Assembly (NCBI RefSeq): GCF_006345805.1
Contig: NC_042998.1
Location: forward strand, 47,244,001 to 47,308,000
From: Octopus sinensis
Lineage: Eukaryota
Direction: 5' to 3'
DNA: 64,000 nt
Shown: one piece after another, positions 1-12,178 of the stretch
Position numbering within the stretch: position 1 is the stretch's first letter
Layout: each line of letters starts with the position of its first letter
The notes under the pieces: model-generated
What the model was told of the DNA's origin: nothing
What the model saw: the letters and a program-made list of their open reading frames with translations, nothing else
Database searches by the model: none
Position numbers and translations under genes: made by a program

Positions 1-1290
1 GAAAATAGAAACTTTTCTCAACAACACAAAAAGCAAAATATGTTTTATATGACACGTTCTATCAGTATCCGAAGTTTGAAAGTGTTTAGTTATAAAAAAT
101 TAATTTTTCGATCTGCCGTTCAAAGGGAAAAGATCCAAAATGACTTGCAAAAAGTACCTATACAACTAATTCTATAATCATAAATGATTGTACGACGTTA
201 AATATTTTAAGCCATTAACAAGCAACAATGAAAGCAAAAAAACAAGATAACCAGAAACTAATGGTTTCAAGTGTATAACCCCTTCTCCCATATGCATTTA
301 CCTGGATAGTTTAATGGATATCCGTTGGTTTCGACGATGCATACTCAGTTGTGCATAAAGCTGAAATACCTGGTCATTCAAATTGTAAGTGGCTGAGTAT
401 TTCGCAGGTACATGTACCCATAATGTAATTCTCAAACATAATCAGAATGACGTGATACAGTGTATGACTAGGACGTAGCTTTGAATTACAGTAGTATCCA
501 TCCAATGGACATCTATAAAGTTTTCGCCTATTCAGTTTCACACACGAAATATGGGTAGATACGAGGCTAGAGAAAATGACATATTCTTGCGCAAGATGAT
601 GCATAGCGGGAACCCACGACCTCGTGGTTCCGTATAAGACTTCTAATTTAAATGCACATATTTATATGAATGCATGTACACACTCTATTGGATGACCATT
701 CACTGTTCTGATTTCAGCCACTCTTTCATATGTTCATGAAGCCCGCAGATTACCCAATATTCACTATCTTCACCAAGTTACTGGTGCGGTTACTGGTTTA
801 GATGTCGAATGCTCGATTAGTTCCTGGTTCTATGGGTTTACAAGATTACCAATATCAGGTCTAGGATTATCGGATCACTAGACAACATACATTTGTTTAT
901 CTTCTCTCAAAGAGAAATAATTTTATCATATAGTCATTTTGACATATTTCCCTTGTTCATTTCTTCTTATACACACAAACACGTGTGTATGCATGTATGA
1001 ATGTATACATATATGTATATGATACACACTCACAGATATGCATATATGTACATATATATGTGTGTGTTTGTGTGTGTATATATACATATATACATATATA
1101 TACACATATATATGTAAGTATATATATATGTATATATACACATATGCATCTGGTGTCTGTGATAATCAACTCTTATGCATGAACACCAGAGTTAGGGTGT
1201 AAGATGCAATTGGTACATCGAAATAAAATAGAATATTACGGGTATTTCGATTTGCATCTGTTGCGTACCTTATATGTATATATATATATT

Positions 1291-1456
1291 TGGGGAGAGT
1301 TTACGAAAGAAAAACAAAAGACGAAGACAGGTGGTGTACAAAACAAACAGATGTATTAGTATAACGCTCAGGAATAGAAAAACTCTTTTACGTTTCAAGC
1401 CTACGCTCTTCTACAGAAAGGGACACAGAAAAAACAAGGAGAGAAACAAGGAAAGA

Positions 1457-1458
<2 letters not shown>
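1291..1458 (-). mobile_element. Short Penelope-like/retrozyme-type repeat (family A) carrying a minimal hammerhead-like motif
   Basis: Near-identical copy at 19460-19640 and a diverged opposite-strand copy at about 44800-44965. Flanked by (AT)n and (TATG)n. Minus strand 1420-1385 reads cttt-CTGTAGA-a-GAGC-gtag-GCTT-GAAAC-GTA-aaag. Confidence 0.6.
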
Positions 1459-1489
<31 letters not shown>

Positions 1490-1583
1490 TGTATGTATGT
1501 ATGTATGTATGTATGTATGTATGCATGTATGTATGTAAGATTAATAGGACTGCTGTAGAAGTGCTCTATTGAAAGAGACAAAA

Positions 1584-1803
1584 ATATCAAACTAAAATTA
1601 TTGAACAAACAAATGCAAGGTCATCCGCATAGCATATCATAATTCGAACATTTAATCATAGAATATACATATAAACATCCCATATATTACTTTATATTAT
1701 ATTTTTACTTTCTAGGTATTGTAATGTTGTTGATTTTTAATGTATTTTTCTGAATCGCTAAAGTATTAACTCTAAACTGTGATGAAATTTTTTTTCTCGC
1801 ACC

Positions 1804-1851
<48 letters not shown>

Positions 1852-2012
1852 TATTATTATTATTATATTATTATTATATGCTTGTATGCTTGTACAGATG
1901 AATTATGTTCCATCTTGTGGGATGTTTATATGTATATTCTATGATTAAATGTTCGAATTATGAAATGCTATACGGATGACCTTGCATTTGTTTGTTCAAT
2001 AGTTTTAGTTTG

Positions 2013-2016
<4 letters not shown>
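1584..2016. repeat. Inverted repeat pair (about 99-bp arms, 1584-1682 and 1918-2016) enclosing an (ATT)n tract
   Basis: Arms are reverse complements with about 3 mismatches counted by eye. Confidence 0.9.
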
Positions 2017-2094
<78 letters not shown>

Positions 2095-2095
<1 letters not shown>

Positions 2096-2612
2096 CGACA
2101 GGCTTGTTTCAGTTTCCGTCTACTAGATCCACTCACAAAGGTTTAGGTCGGCCCGAGGGTATAGTAGAGGATATTTGTCCAGAGTGTCATGCAGTGGGAC
2201 TGAATCCAGAACCATGTGGTTGGTAGGCAAGCTCTTTTACTCTTTTACTCTTTTACTTGTTTCAGTCATTTGACTGCGCCCATGCTGGAGCACCGCCTTT
2301 AGTCGAGCAAATCGACCCCGGGACTTATTCTTTGCAAGCCCAGTACTTATTCTATCGGTTCCTTTTGCCAAACCGCTAAGTGACGGGGACGTAAACACAC
2401 CAGCATCGGCCGTCAAGCAATGCCAGGGGGACAAAGACAGACAAACAAACACACACACACATACACATATATACATATACATATATACGACAGGCTTCTT
2501 TCAGTTTCCGTCTACCAAATCCACTCACAAGGCATTGGTCGGCCCGGGGCTATAGCAGAAGACACTTGCCCAAGATGCCACGCAGTGGGACTGAACCCGG
2601 TAAACTACTTAC
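2095..2612 (-). mobile_element. tRNA-derived SINE family 1: a partial 5' piece (2095-2232) followed by a near full-length copy (2233-2612)
   Basis: The block acgacaggctt..cagtttccgtctac..atccactcacaa..gcagtgggactgaa occurs twice here. Homologous pieces lie at about 23440-23625, 24946-25100, 25315-25365, 32370-32500, 45045-45230, 53015-53185 and 59670-60035. Has an internal (CA)n and a simple-repeat tail. Confidence 0.8.
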
Positions 2613-2635
2613 CATTATTATCATTATCATTATTA

Positions 2636-2698
<63 letters not shown>

Positions 2699-2920
2699 GA
2701 GTGAGAGAGCAGTGCATACCATCAAAGTGACACTGGGGTAAAATATACGAAGCCCAGTATACCCATCATGACTACCCGTCTGATCAGGGTACACCAGGCA
2801 CATGCATCGCAAACATATGTGCGCGACGTGGTGATCTCATAACAAGATAAACAGCGCATGACCTTGCGGGTGGGGCCCAGTTAGAATTTTCTTCTGGTCG
2901 GGTAACCCATCCCACTCAAA

Positions 2921-2961
<41 letters not shown>

Positions 2962-2978
2962 TATTATTATTATTATTA

Positions 2979-3023
<45 letters not shown>

Positions 3024-3095
3024 TATTATTATTATTATTTTTATTATTATATTATTATTATATTATTATTATTATCATTATTATTATTATTATTA

Positions 3096-3138
<43 letters not shown>

Positions 3139-3180
3139 TATTATTATTATTATATTATTATTATCATTATTATTATTACT
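2613..3180. repeat. (ATT)n microsatellite interrupted by a roughly 220-bp complex insert at 2699-2920
   Basis: Direct reading of the sequence. Confidence 0.9.
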
Positions 3181-3898
3181 ATTTAAAACATTTTGATTCG
3201 ACATGGAGTTTCTGCATGCTTCTTACATATATATTAATATATATATATGTATACATTCTTGCACACACGCATACACATATACATATATAATGTTTCATAT
3301 AGTATGAGTTCGTTGTGTGTTAGTTTATAATGGAAACTGAAGAACGGTCATTAAAGAAAGGAACATGGAAAGCTGAAAAGTATAAAAGTATGACGAAACT
3401 TTAGATATAAAAAAAATAAGTAAATATATAAAGGAGATAATTTATGAATAAGTACAAATTAATTCTTCTTTCTGTTAAGATTTGGTACACAAGCGTCGTG
3501 CTTGGTTTTAGAAGTAGGCACCACCGCTATCATTTATTGGCTTAATTAAACGCAGATTAAAAGTAATTAGTATAAAAGAGGAGAAAGGGAGAGGAGAAAG
3601 AATGCTTAACTGTGAGGAAAATATAAGCTAAACAGAAAAATGTAATGAAAAACATGTCTATCTGCAAAACCTTTCAGTCTGAAGATATTTTGTATATAGC
3701 TAAAAAGCACTCAGTGTGAACCGATACAAAATCCTTCTTTGGGGAAAAATATTTCAGCTATGTCTTCTTTATCGTTCAGTCAGTTGGTATGCCTCTCTTA
3801 ACTGCCTGCTATTACTCCTAGCCGTCAATGCTGTCATCGCGTTCCTAGCAGTCACTTGAAAGTATTGTCTCTGATTAATCCCTTTCAACACACTATAT

Positions 3899-4088
3899 AT
3901 TTCTTTACTACCCACAAGGGGCTAAACATAGAGGGGACAAACAAGGACAGACAAAGGGATTAAGTCGATTACATCGACCCCAGTGCGTAACTGGTACTTA
4001 ATTTATCGACCCCGAAAGGATGAAAGGCAAAGTCGACCTCGGCGGAATTTGAACCCAGAACACTTAACGGCAGACGAAATACGGCTGA
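3899..4088 (-). mobile_element. SINE family 2 (Nin/Deu-type core), 5'-truncated
   Basis: Reverse complement contains gtcgactttgcctttcatcctttcggggtcgataaattaagtaccag, the Nin-domain-like core, plus the same tail as 29198-29430. Confidence 0.8.
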
Positions 4089-5788
4089 CGCTTTACCATG
4101 AAGAGCAGCGGGTGGTTTTGGTAATAGTGATAGGAAGAATTAGTGACTCGAAACATCGAAGAACTATATCGTCTGGTTAGCTTCCATTCGTTAAAGCTAT
4201 AGTAGACATCAAACAGGTGACACAATTACTTCCTCGTACTGCGGTCTCTGCGTATTTAGTTATATCTAAACCATTTTCCCTTATTCTCCAACATAAGGCA
4301 ATGCTTCATTTTATTTAGTTTTAGTTATTGTCTTGCTTCTTGTTTGTTCCTCTTAGCTTCTCTTTCCTTCAGTACTGCCTCCCAACGCTCATTTACTTTT
4401 TCATGCCTTGTTCCATATGCGGTGTGGGAAGGCCATTTCATAAAACAACTGGAATCAATTAAACGTGCCTACTTGTTAGAATTGATAATGTGATTTTAAG
4501 TATTTTAAGTTCACTCATCAATACACACAGTTACATATATTCAAATAACTACCAGACTACCGCTGCACTTAGTAACACATATACAACAAACTCAGAGATG
4601 CATACACACATACATACATACACATACAAGCCCTCAGACATTAATTCAAACTAATATAATGCTATGTAGATTAACTGAATTATAAACAACTCAAGGCAAG
4701 CATATTCAACTAGAAATATTATACACTCAGTGCTTCTGGTGGATTGATGTGTTTTTACACCAGCGGAGCCTTCTTCAGCCGGGGGACAAATAAAAGATAT
4801 TTTTTTCAAACTAAGTGATGTGTACATGCATGAAGGTCTATGAAAGGCAATGAGTGTTAGAATAAGTTTAAATGTCAGTAAACCCATGCCTCTTTTCTTT
4901 GCGCATTGACAGTCGGCACATAGCATCAACAAATTTAGGATTAACATATAATTTGGAGCTGTAAATGTTAAAAATATATCTCAAAATATGATATGACTAT
5001 AATGTTCTTTTTCAGAAATCTACCAATGTAGTTAAAATGCTAGTTCTAAAATCCCCCTAAGAGATCAACGCAGTAGCTGTACTAACAAGTAATGTTCGTA
5101 GCCACTTCAGTAAAGTCCGTTCGAACGGACAGTCATGTCGAGGTGGTTGCGAAAATTGCCAGAGAGCAATATAGATGTATATAATATCATGAAGGTAAAT
5201 CGATAAAAAGAATTGTTTCAGTGCTAAGGGAATTATTGTTAGCATTCAATGCCACGAAACGGGGGCATTATTTACCTTTTGTTATCTGATAATTCTGTGC
5301 AGTGCATAGTCAAGAATAATTTTATATTTTTATGTAGGACGTGTTGTGTTCAATGGTTAACCTGTTGATATCAATGTGTTGTTCGTTCAAGTGCTGTACA
5401 TATTTAGACAGACCTGTGTTGTTCCTGCCTCCATAATTCTTGAATGTGAATTTATGATCAAAGAAACAATTACTAATCCTGCCTTAGATCATACTACTAC
5501 AATATATGACATATATATGACACGTATTTATAAGTATTATAATACATTATTGGTTCCGTGAAACATGCCTGAGATTTAAACTTTCGTTTTGTACATAATT
5601 ATTATTTTCCTGCAGCTATTTACGGCTACTTTGAAATTATTCAAGCTGAATTTCTGTTCATACTTTTTGCCCTTTGTACTGTTTTCATCAATTTATGTTA
5701 CTTAGGACACATTGCAAATCAAATATGCATATGCATGCACACACATTACACACATGGGAAAACAATACATAAATGTATGTATGTGCTT

Positions 5789-5801
5789 ATCTATCTATCT
5801 G

Positions 5802-5887
<86 letters not shown>

Positions 5888-6010
5888 GTCTGTCTATTTA
5901 TATATATGTACATATACGTATATATATATGTACATATACGTATATATATGTACATATACATATACGTATAATAATATAAATAGTATATATATATATGCAT
6001 ATATATATTA
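5789..6010. repeat. (TCTA)n/(AT)n microsatellite
   Basis: Direct reading; explains the YLSI-type ORFs. Confidence 0.95.
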
Positions 6011-6696
6011 GTTATATTATTATATGATTGAACGGCACCCCACCTCTTCTAGGTAAGTTTTATCGTAATGATTCTGATGCGCACTCTATACGATCTTTTT
6101 GCTCTTTCGTTTTTCTCACTTTCTCTCTCTTATTCCTTTACCTCCACTTCTCCCATTATCCTATTCTATTACTCTATCACTTTCTCTCCCTCCCTCCTCC
6201 TCCGTCGCTCACGTGGCTCCCATGTGACTATCGGCCATCTTTCTTTCTTCTCCTAACTTGTGTTTCTTTCTTTCTATCCGTTGTAGCTGGAATAAGGAAG
6301 ACGTGTTCTTGTCTATCTCCTGTCCAAGCTTCCACAACCTCGTTTAGTCTTAGCAGCTCTTCCTCTTTGTTTTCACTGTCCTGTTTGCGTTACCAATTTT
6401 GAACCTCCGCAAAATTCCAAATATTATTTAATTTGCTTTGCGGGAGCAACTGTTCTATCGAAAGCGTATATTGTTAAATGCTCGAAATATGAGAGTAGAA
6501 AAACAGCCAACAACTGATGAAAGGTCGTTCTTTATATTGTTTGTCTTGTTTTTCATGTGTGTCCTTTGTTGTTCGGAAAAATAGTTCATATTCCATGTAC
6601 TCGTATTTCGTATTTTCATGACGTCCTGTGCCCACATATGCATACAGATATACGTATAGATGTAAGTATGTACATGTACATATGTATATATATATA

Positions 6697-6740
<44 letters not shown>

Positions 6741-7423
6741 ATATTATATTATATTATATATGTATATATATATATATGTATATGTATATTTATGTAGAGT
6801 TGATTTGCCAAAATGCATCAAACACACACACTCTGTTTAAGATAGTAGACAGAGATTTCGAGGACATGCGGTTGTTATTTTCAGCAGATCAAGCGAGGTA
6901 TAGTGGCTGCTCTCATGTGTGGAGAAAATTAAGGGAATCTGTCACTGTACTCACCCCTTTACAGTTTTGTTCGCATTACATTTCAAAATTAAGTTTTAGG
7001 AATTGAAATTCTAGGTGTTGTCTCTCTCTGGCCTTGCTTGAGTATAATTAGTCATAAACTTAATGAGTCTTTTAACTCAATGTGAGTGCAATTTTAATCA
7101 ATGAAACTTTTTTGGTTCTCTGTATTAAATATGAGAGCACCAGCTTTACTATTTGAATTTAATGCAGATAGTGCCTCGTCACGTTTGATATGCATCTCTT
7201 CAATATATCGTCCTGAACACAACCATACTACTTCTCCAGAATTCCATATCTCAGGAATGAACTCCTGTCCCACTTTTCCTGTCACTCACAAGCCTAAAAA
7301 CATTGAGAACTAGACAGGTTTTTATCCACCAGTCATCCCTCTCATTATACTCTGATCTAGGCCTCCAAAGGTTATGCATTAACACTGTTCTACCGACACA
7401 GATTTGCAAATAAAGTGATAACA

Positions 7424-7461
<38 letters not shown>

Positions 7462-7880
7462 TGAGATGGTTGTATAAACTTAATAACAGCTTCGTAACGT
7501 TACTGATAATTTAAGGATCTATTTAGACTCCATAGTATATTTAAAGCGTCTCTATTTTTGACATGATGGTAACTTTTGCTCTTTTCAAAGTATATATTTC
7601 AAAACTATATATAATCACAGTCTTCACTTAATCTTAAACTAATAAAGATATAAAAATTCTTGGTTTTTTACCCTGTATATCTATAGACAAGGCCCTCTAG
7701 GGAGCAAATCTTATGTCTAAGTCAAAGAATATGGTATTGATAACAATACACAAAGTGTAAAATCTTTTGAGATAATATATGCAAGAGTGTGTTTACGTTT
7801 GATTGTTTGTGTGTTTGCGTATGTGTGTAGTTATCTGTAAAAATGTGTGCATGCATAAGTATATGTAACTATATATACAT

Positions 7881-7973
<93 letters not shown>

Positions 7974-8280
7974 TTGTAATGTTTGAATACGTTATAAATC
8001 TGTTGTCTAATAGATGGCCTTATCTTCTCAGACTCCTCCCTGAATGACAGTAATAACAGCAAAGCGGCTCTGATAACACAAAAATTCTCTTCACTGTCTG
8101 CACACTGACGTCAGTGGCTCCAGCAATATGTGATGTAGTGTCCAAAATTTTATTTTAGTATACAAGAATTAGACCACCCGTACCAACATAACCCATAAAC
8201 ATGCTAATTTTTGGCAAAAGATATATTTAGTTTCGATCACTGCAGCTCTCGCTGTTGTTGTTCTGTAGCTCCATCTATCA

Positions 8281-8343
<63 letters not shown>

Positions 8344-8348
8344 AAATA

Positions 8349-8705
8349 TTGACCAAGGTTACCGTGGTCTTTTTCGTAGGCTTTTCTTCCCACGGATAAA
8401 CCTTACTTGCTTTCTTTCCCCTTTACACCATACATCATGACACTGTGATACACGATCCCTATTGATCGTTTTTTTTTCCTCTTCCCCTTTTTTCCTCTTT
8501 TTTCTTCTTTTTTCATTTTTCTTTTCTTTTGTTCCTTTTCCCTTTTTTCTTTTTTTCTTTTCCCTTTTCCTTCTTTTTCCCTTTTACGATCCCTTTTGAT
8601 CGAAAACCTACGCCACCTTTTTTTTTTCTTTCATCCCCCAAAAGAAAAGCTCTACCTTGTAACTTGTCCCATCTGTGTGCAGCCCTGTTTGGCCAATAAA
8701 GAAAC
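8349..8705 (+). mobile_element. 3' UTR-only copy of a Tx1/L1-clade LINE embedded in (TCTA)n
   Basis: Homologous to 9425-9737 (ttgacc.aggttaccgtggtc...gaaaagctctaccttgtaa...aataaagaaac). (TCTA)n lies on both sides. Confidence 0.8.
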
Positions 8706-8732
8706 TTATCTATCTATCTATCTATCTATCTA

Positions 8733-9737
8733 GGGGATTAGTGGAGGGGAGGTACGACGACGATCTTGGGGCAAACCTGGGCGTCGACGAGGAATAACTG
8801 ACCCGCCTGTTTGAAAGGACTTTCGGGCCGGGACCTATGGACAACTTCCAGAGATCCCTGGCCTGGCAGTGCTACGGAGAAGCGCTACCCGTTCGGGATA
8901 AGCCTTATAGGCATGGCTCGAGAAACACGGGGCCGACCTGCCCGAGATGCGGGCAGACCGACGAAACCGTTCTGCACGCAATCGTGCAGAGTCCAACAAT
9001 CTCAGACCTGTGGGCTTATGTCGAACGACTGCTGTCACGTGTGGGACGTGTCGGTTTATCAGCCGAGTCTATCGTTAATATCGTCACGCCTCCTTCCTTC
9101 AAACGGGAAGGAAGAGCTATTTTTATCATACTTGTGGCTATGGCGAAAGAATGTATCTGGTGGACGCGCCTGAAAGGATTAGAGACAAACACTTTCCTCT
9201 CTGGTCAATCTCTCATCAACTTCTTCAAGTATCACTTGAAGAGGAAAGTGAGAGTAGAGAGGCAAGTGTTGTCTAGTGAATGTTTTAAAAAAAGATGGGT
9301 GAATGTAGCAAGGATGGCACGTATTAATGACGAAGCCACCTTGACTATGATCCTATGAACCGTAAAAATTAAGACAGAGATTTGCTTATTTGTAAAAAAA
9401 AAAAAATATAACATGTGACTTCATTGACCGAGGTTACCGTGGTCTTTTCCGTAGGCTTTTCTTTCCACAGGTAAACCTCACCTGTCCTCCCCTTTACACT
9501 TTATATTGACATTTCTGTGATAACGATCCCTAGTGATCAATTTTTTTCCTTTCCCTTTTTTTCCTTTCCCCCTTTTTTAAAAAAATCCCCCCCCCTTTTA
9601 AAAATTTTTGTCCTCTTTCTTTCCTTTTACAATCCCTTTTGATCGAAAACCAAACCCCCTTTTTCACCCCCAAAAGAAAAGCTCTACCTTGTAATTTGTC
9701 CTGTCTGTGTGCAGCCCTGTGTGGCTAATAAAGAAAC
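8733..9737 (+). mobile_element. 5'-truncated Tx1/L1-clade non-LTR retrotransposon: ORF2 C-terminus plus 3' UTR
   Basis: ORF 8837-9358 contains WQCYGEALPV...CPRCGQTDETVLHAIVQSP...W, a zf-RVT-like zinc knuckle, and AKECIWWTR, typical of L1/Tx1 ORF2 ends. The pyrimidine-rich UTR ends in AATAAA followed by (TCTA)n. Confidence 0.8.
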
Positions 9738-9738
9738 A

Positions 9739-9804
<66 letters not shown>

Positions 9805-9904
9805 CCTACCTACCTACCTACCTATCTATCTATCTATCTATCTATCTATTTGTCTATCTATCTATATATCTATCTATCTATCTATCTATATATATCTATA
9901 TATC

Positions 9905-9978
<74 letters not shown>

Positions 9979-9989
9979 TATATAGAAGG

Positions 9990-10040
9990 AGCTTCTACAG
10001 GACTAGAACTGTTTCATTCAAGAGAAATCTTCAGGAAGCT
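9990..10040 (-). ncRNA. Type I hammerhead ribozyme (mirror copy in the left palindrome arm)
   Basis: Exact reverse complement of 10152-10202. Confidence 0.75.
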
Positions 10041-10151
10041 AGTTAACAAGAATTGTATTGGCATTTATACATTTAGGCAGGTTTAAAGGGGTGTTGGTGG
10101 GGACTTTAAACCTGCCTAAATGTATAAATGCCAATACAATTCTTGTTAACT

Positions 10152-10202
10152 AGCTTCCTGAAGATTTCTCTTGAATGAAACAGTTCTAGTCCTGTAGAAG
10201 CT
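10152..10202 (+). ncRNA. Type I hammerhead ribozyme (predicted)
   Basis: agcttc-CTGAAGA-t-ttc-tctt-gaa-t-GAAA-cag-ttctagtc-ctg-TA^-gaagct. Stem I is 6 bp, the core is intact, stem III is ACAG/CUGU, and the cleavage triplet is GUA (cut after 10196). Stem II is short and closed by U.U. Confidence 0.75.
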
Positions 10203-10338
10203 CCTTCTATATATAAATTAATTTTACTCTACTATGTATTGAGTACCTTATTTACTGTGGTTAACCCCGAATCAACCCGGGACCTACATATATATATATA
10301 TATATATATATATAGATATAGATATATAGATATATTTA

Positions 10339-11125
10339 AAATTTATAATTATGAGTATAATTATAATTAGGGTTCAGCAAAATTTGCTTCACCACATACA
10401 GAAATTTAGAAATACCAGTTAAAACTAACTATTTCACTACCATAAGAAAATCTCCCAGACAGGAAATACTCAACAACCCACGCAAGTAAAAAGAAAAAGT
10501 AACGAATCCATTCGGCTTTGATTAACTGTATACGCGTTTCGGAGTTAGAGAGATGTGAAAAATGTAAAAAATCATATTTCCACTCTATCATCCTCCTCTT
10601 TAGTACAGTAATTCAATATTTTAAATTTGAGATCGCTTAAAAAGTTAAACATACTTATCTGACAAGGCGTCATCAGATAACATACATCCAACGACCAGTA
10701 CTTCCGAATTCAAACAGACGAAAGAGATATCTATTCCTCCTCATTCACCCACGTGTGTTAATGAGTAAAATTCTACAGAAAAAAAAATTGTAGTTTACTA
10801 TCAGGGAGAGAATTATATTATCAATAATAATAAAGGGTAAAATTAATCAATTAATTAATAATTAATAATTTTACCAAGTATGTTAAAAGAACCATTATCG
10901 GTAAACTTATACATAACATTTTATAATTATAAGTATATTTATAATTAAGGTTCAGCAAAACTTTATATATATATATACATATATATATATATGTATGTAT
11001 GTATATGGTAGTGAAATAGTTAGTTTTAACTGCTATTTCTAAATTTCGGTATGTGGTGAAGCAAAGTTTTGCTGAACCTTAATTATAAATATATTTATAA
11101 TTATAAAATGTTATGTATAAGTTTA
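10339..11125 (-). mobile_element. Non-coding Penelope-like/retrozyme-type element (family B) with a direct terminal repeat and an inverted terminal segment
   Basis: ggttcagcaaaa occurs at 10371 and 10949 (period about 578 bp). 11005-11125 is the reverse complement of the repeat region. A homolog lies at about 38590-39060. Contains the hammerhead fold at 10525-10609. Confidence 0.65.
10525..10609 (-). ncRNA. Type I hammerhead ribozyme fold with a G5A core substitution (probably inactive copy)
   Basis: Minus strand: actgta-CTAAAGA-GGAG-[long imperfect hairpin]-CTCC-GAAAC-gc-GTA^-tacagt. Stem I is a perfect 6 bp, the base of stem II is 4 bp, and stem III is the palindrome ACGCGU. Confidence 0.7.
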
Positions 11126-11681
11126 TATATATATATAGTTTCCTACCACTGAACTGACCGATGTCGTCTTGCATTCTTCTTTTTGTTGTTGAGGAAAAAA
11201 TTAATGCTATTTCTAATCGAGCGATTGTATAGTATTATCTCATCAGAGTTTCATTGAAGTTTTCGAAGGAATAATTGTGTACAAATATGATGCATTCATA
11301 AATAACACCTATATGCAAATACATCATTGTGTGTATAGGTGTCGGTTTTTTTAAAGCTTAGATAGTGAAAGAAGAGCAGGAAAACGTTTAGGCTGTCCGA
11401 TTCTGCTGGCATGAAAAGAATAAAGTTACTTTTTGACATCTGATATGGACGGAATGCTTGCATAAAAATGGAGTCCGTAAAAGAACCAACAGGGCTAAAT
11501 GGTAGTGTAAATTGGACGATAGATTCAGTCTACCAACCAAGACTACCAAGCAAAGTTCTCAACAAACGGGATTCCATACAGTTTCTGTCTAACAAATTTA
11601 AATTTCAAAGCTTCGGTCGATCCAACAATATTATAGTAGTCACGCATCTAAGATGCTGCATAGATAGGCGTAACATTGTTA

Positions 11682-11836
<155 letters not shown>

Positions 11837-11837
11837 T

Positions 11838-12141
11838 ACATTTAATGCAAGTTTATTACAATCTCTAGCCGAGACACACCAAACGTCCTAGGGCGAGTGA
11901 AGGATAACAAATGTTACAGTATGACTGAAAGCTTGGGGAGGGGAAGTGGCAGTGGCAGTAGCAAAATATCTCCATATAATATAACACATACATTTAAATT
12001 GATAGGGTTTTACAAGGATGCAGGAAGTATTTGTCAGTACAATCTCTTGAATTTCTCTGAGACATGGTTCTCCTGGGATATTATATAGATGTTTCTGACA
12101 TCTCATTCTTATCATACCTAGGGCACCCACAATAACAGGAA
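11838..12141 (-). mobile_element. 3' end of an R4/Dong-clade retrotransposon (copy 2)
   Basis: IPVIVGALGMI...LREIQEIVLTNTSCILVK matches the C-terminus of the restriction-like endonuclease domain. Flanked by (TAA)n on the minus strand. Confidence 0.75.

Positions 12142-12175
<34 letters not shown>

Positions 12176-12178
<3 letters not shown>

Larger units (their letters stand above)
9981..10211. repeat. Perfect palindrome with 108-bp arms (9981-10088 and 10104-10211) and a 15-nt loop
   Basis: Arms are exact reverse complements by eye; loop gggtgttggtgggga. Confidence 0.95.

Noticed and set aside
4730-4790. Minus-strand CTGAAGA-a-GGCT followed by a hairpin
   Set aside because: No GAAA, NUH or stem I partner could be found downstream, so it is not a complete hammerhead.
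5115-5130. 16-bp perfect palindrome gtccgttcgaacggac (also hairpin 54362-54384)
   Set aside because: Isolated and short, with no associated element ends or other context.
6028-6632. Microsatellite-flanked island resembling the other PLE-type elements
   Set aside because: Single copy in the window and no complete hammerhead or ORF could be read, so it is left unclassified.
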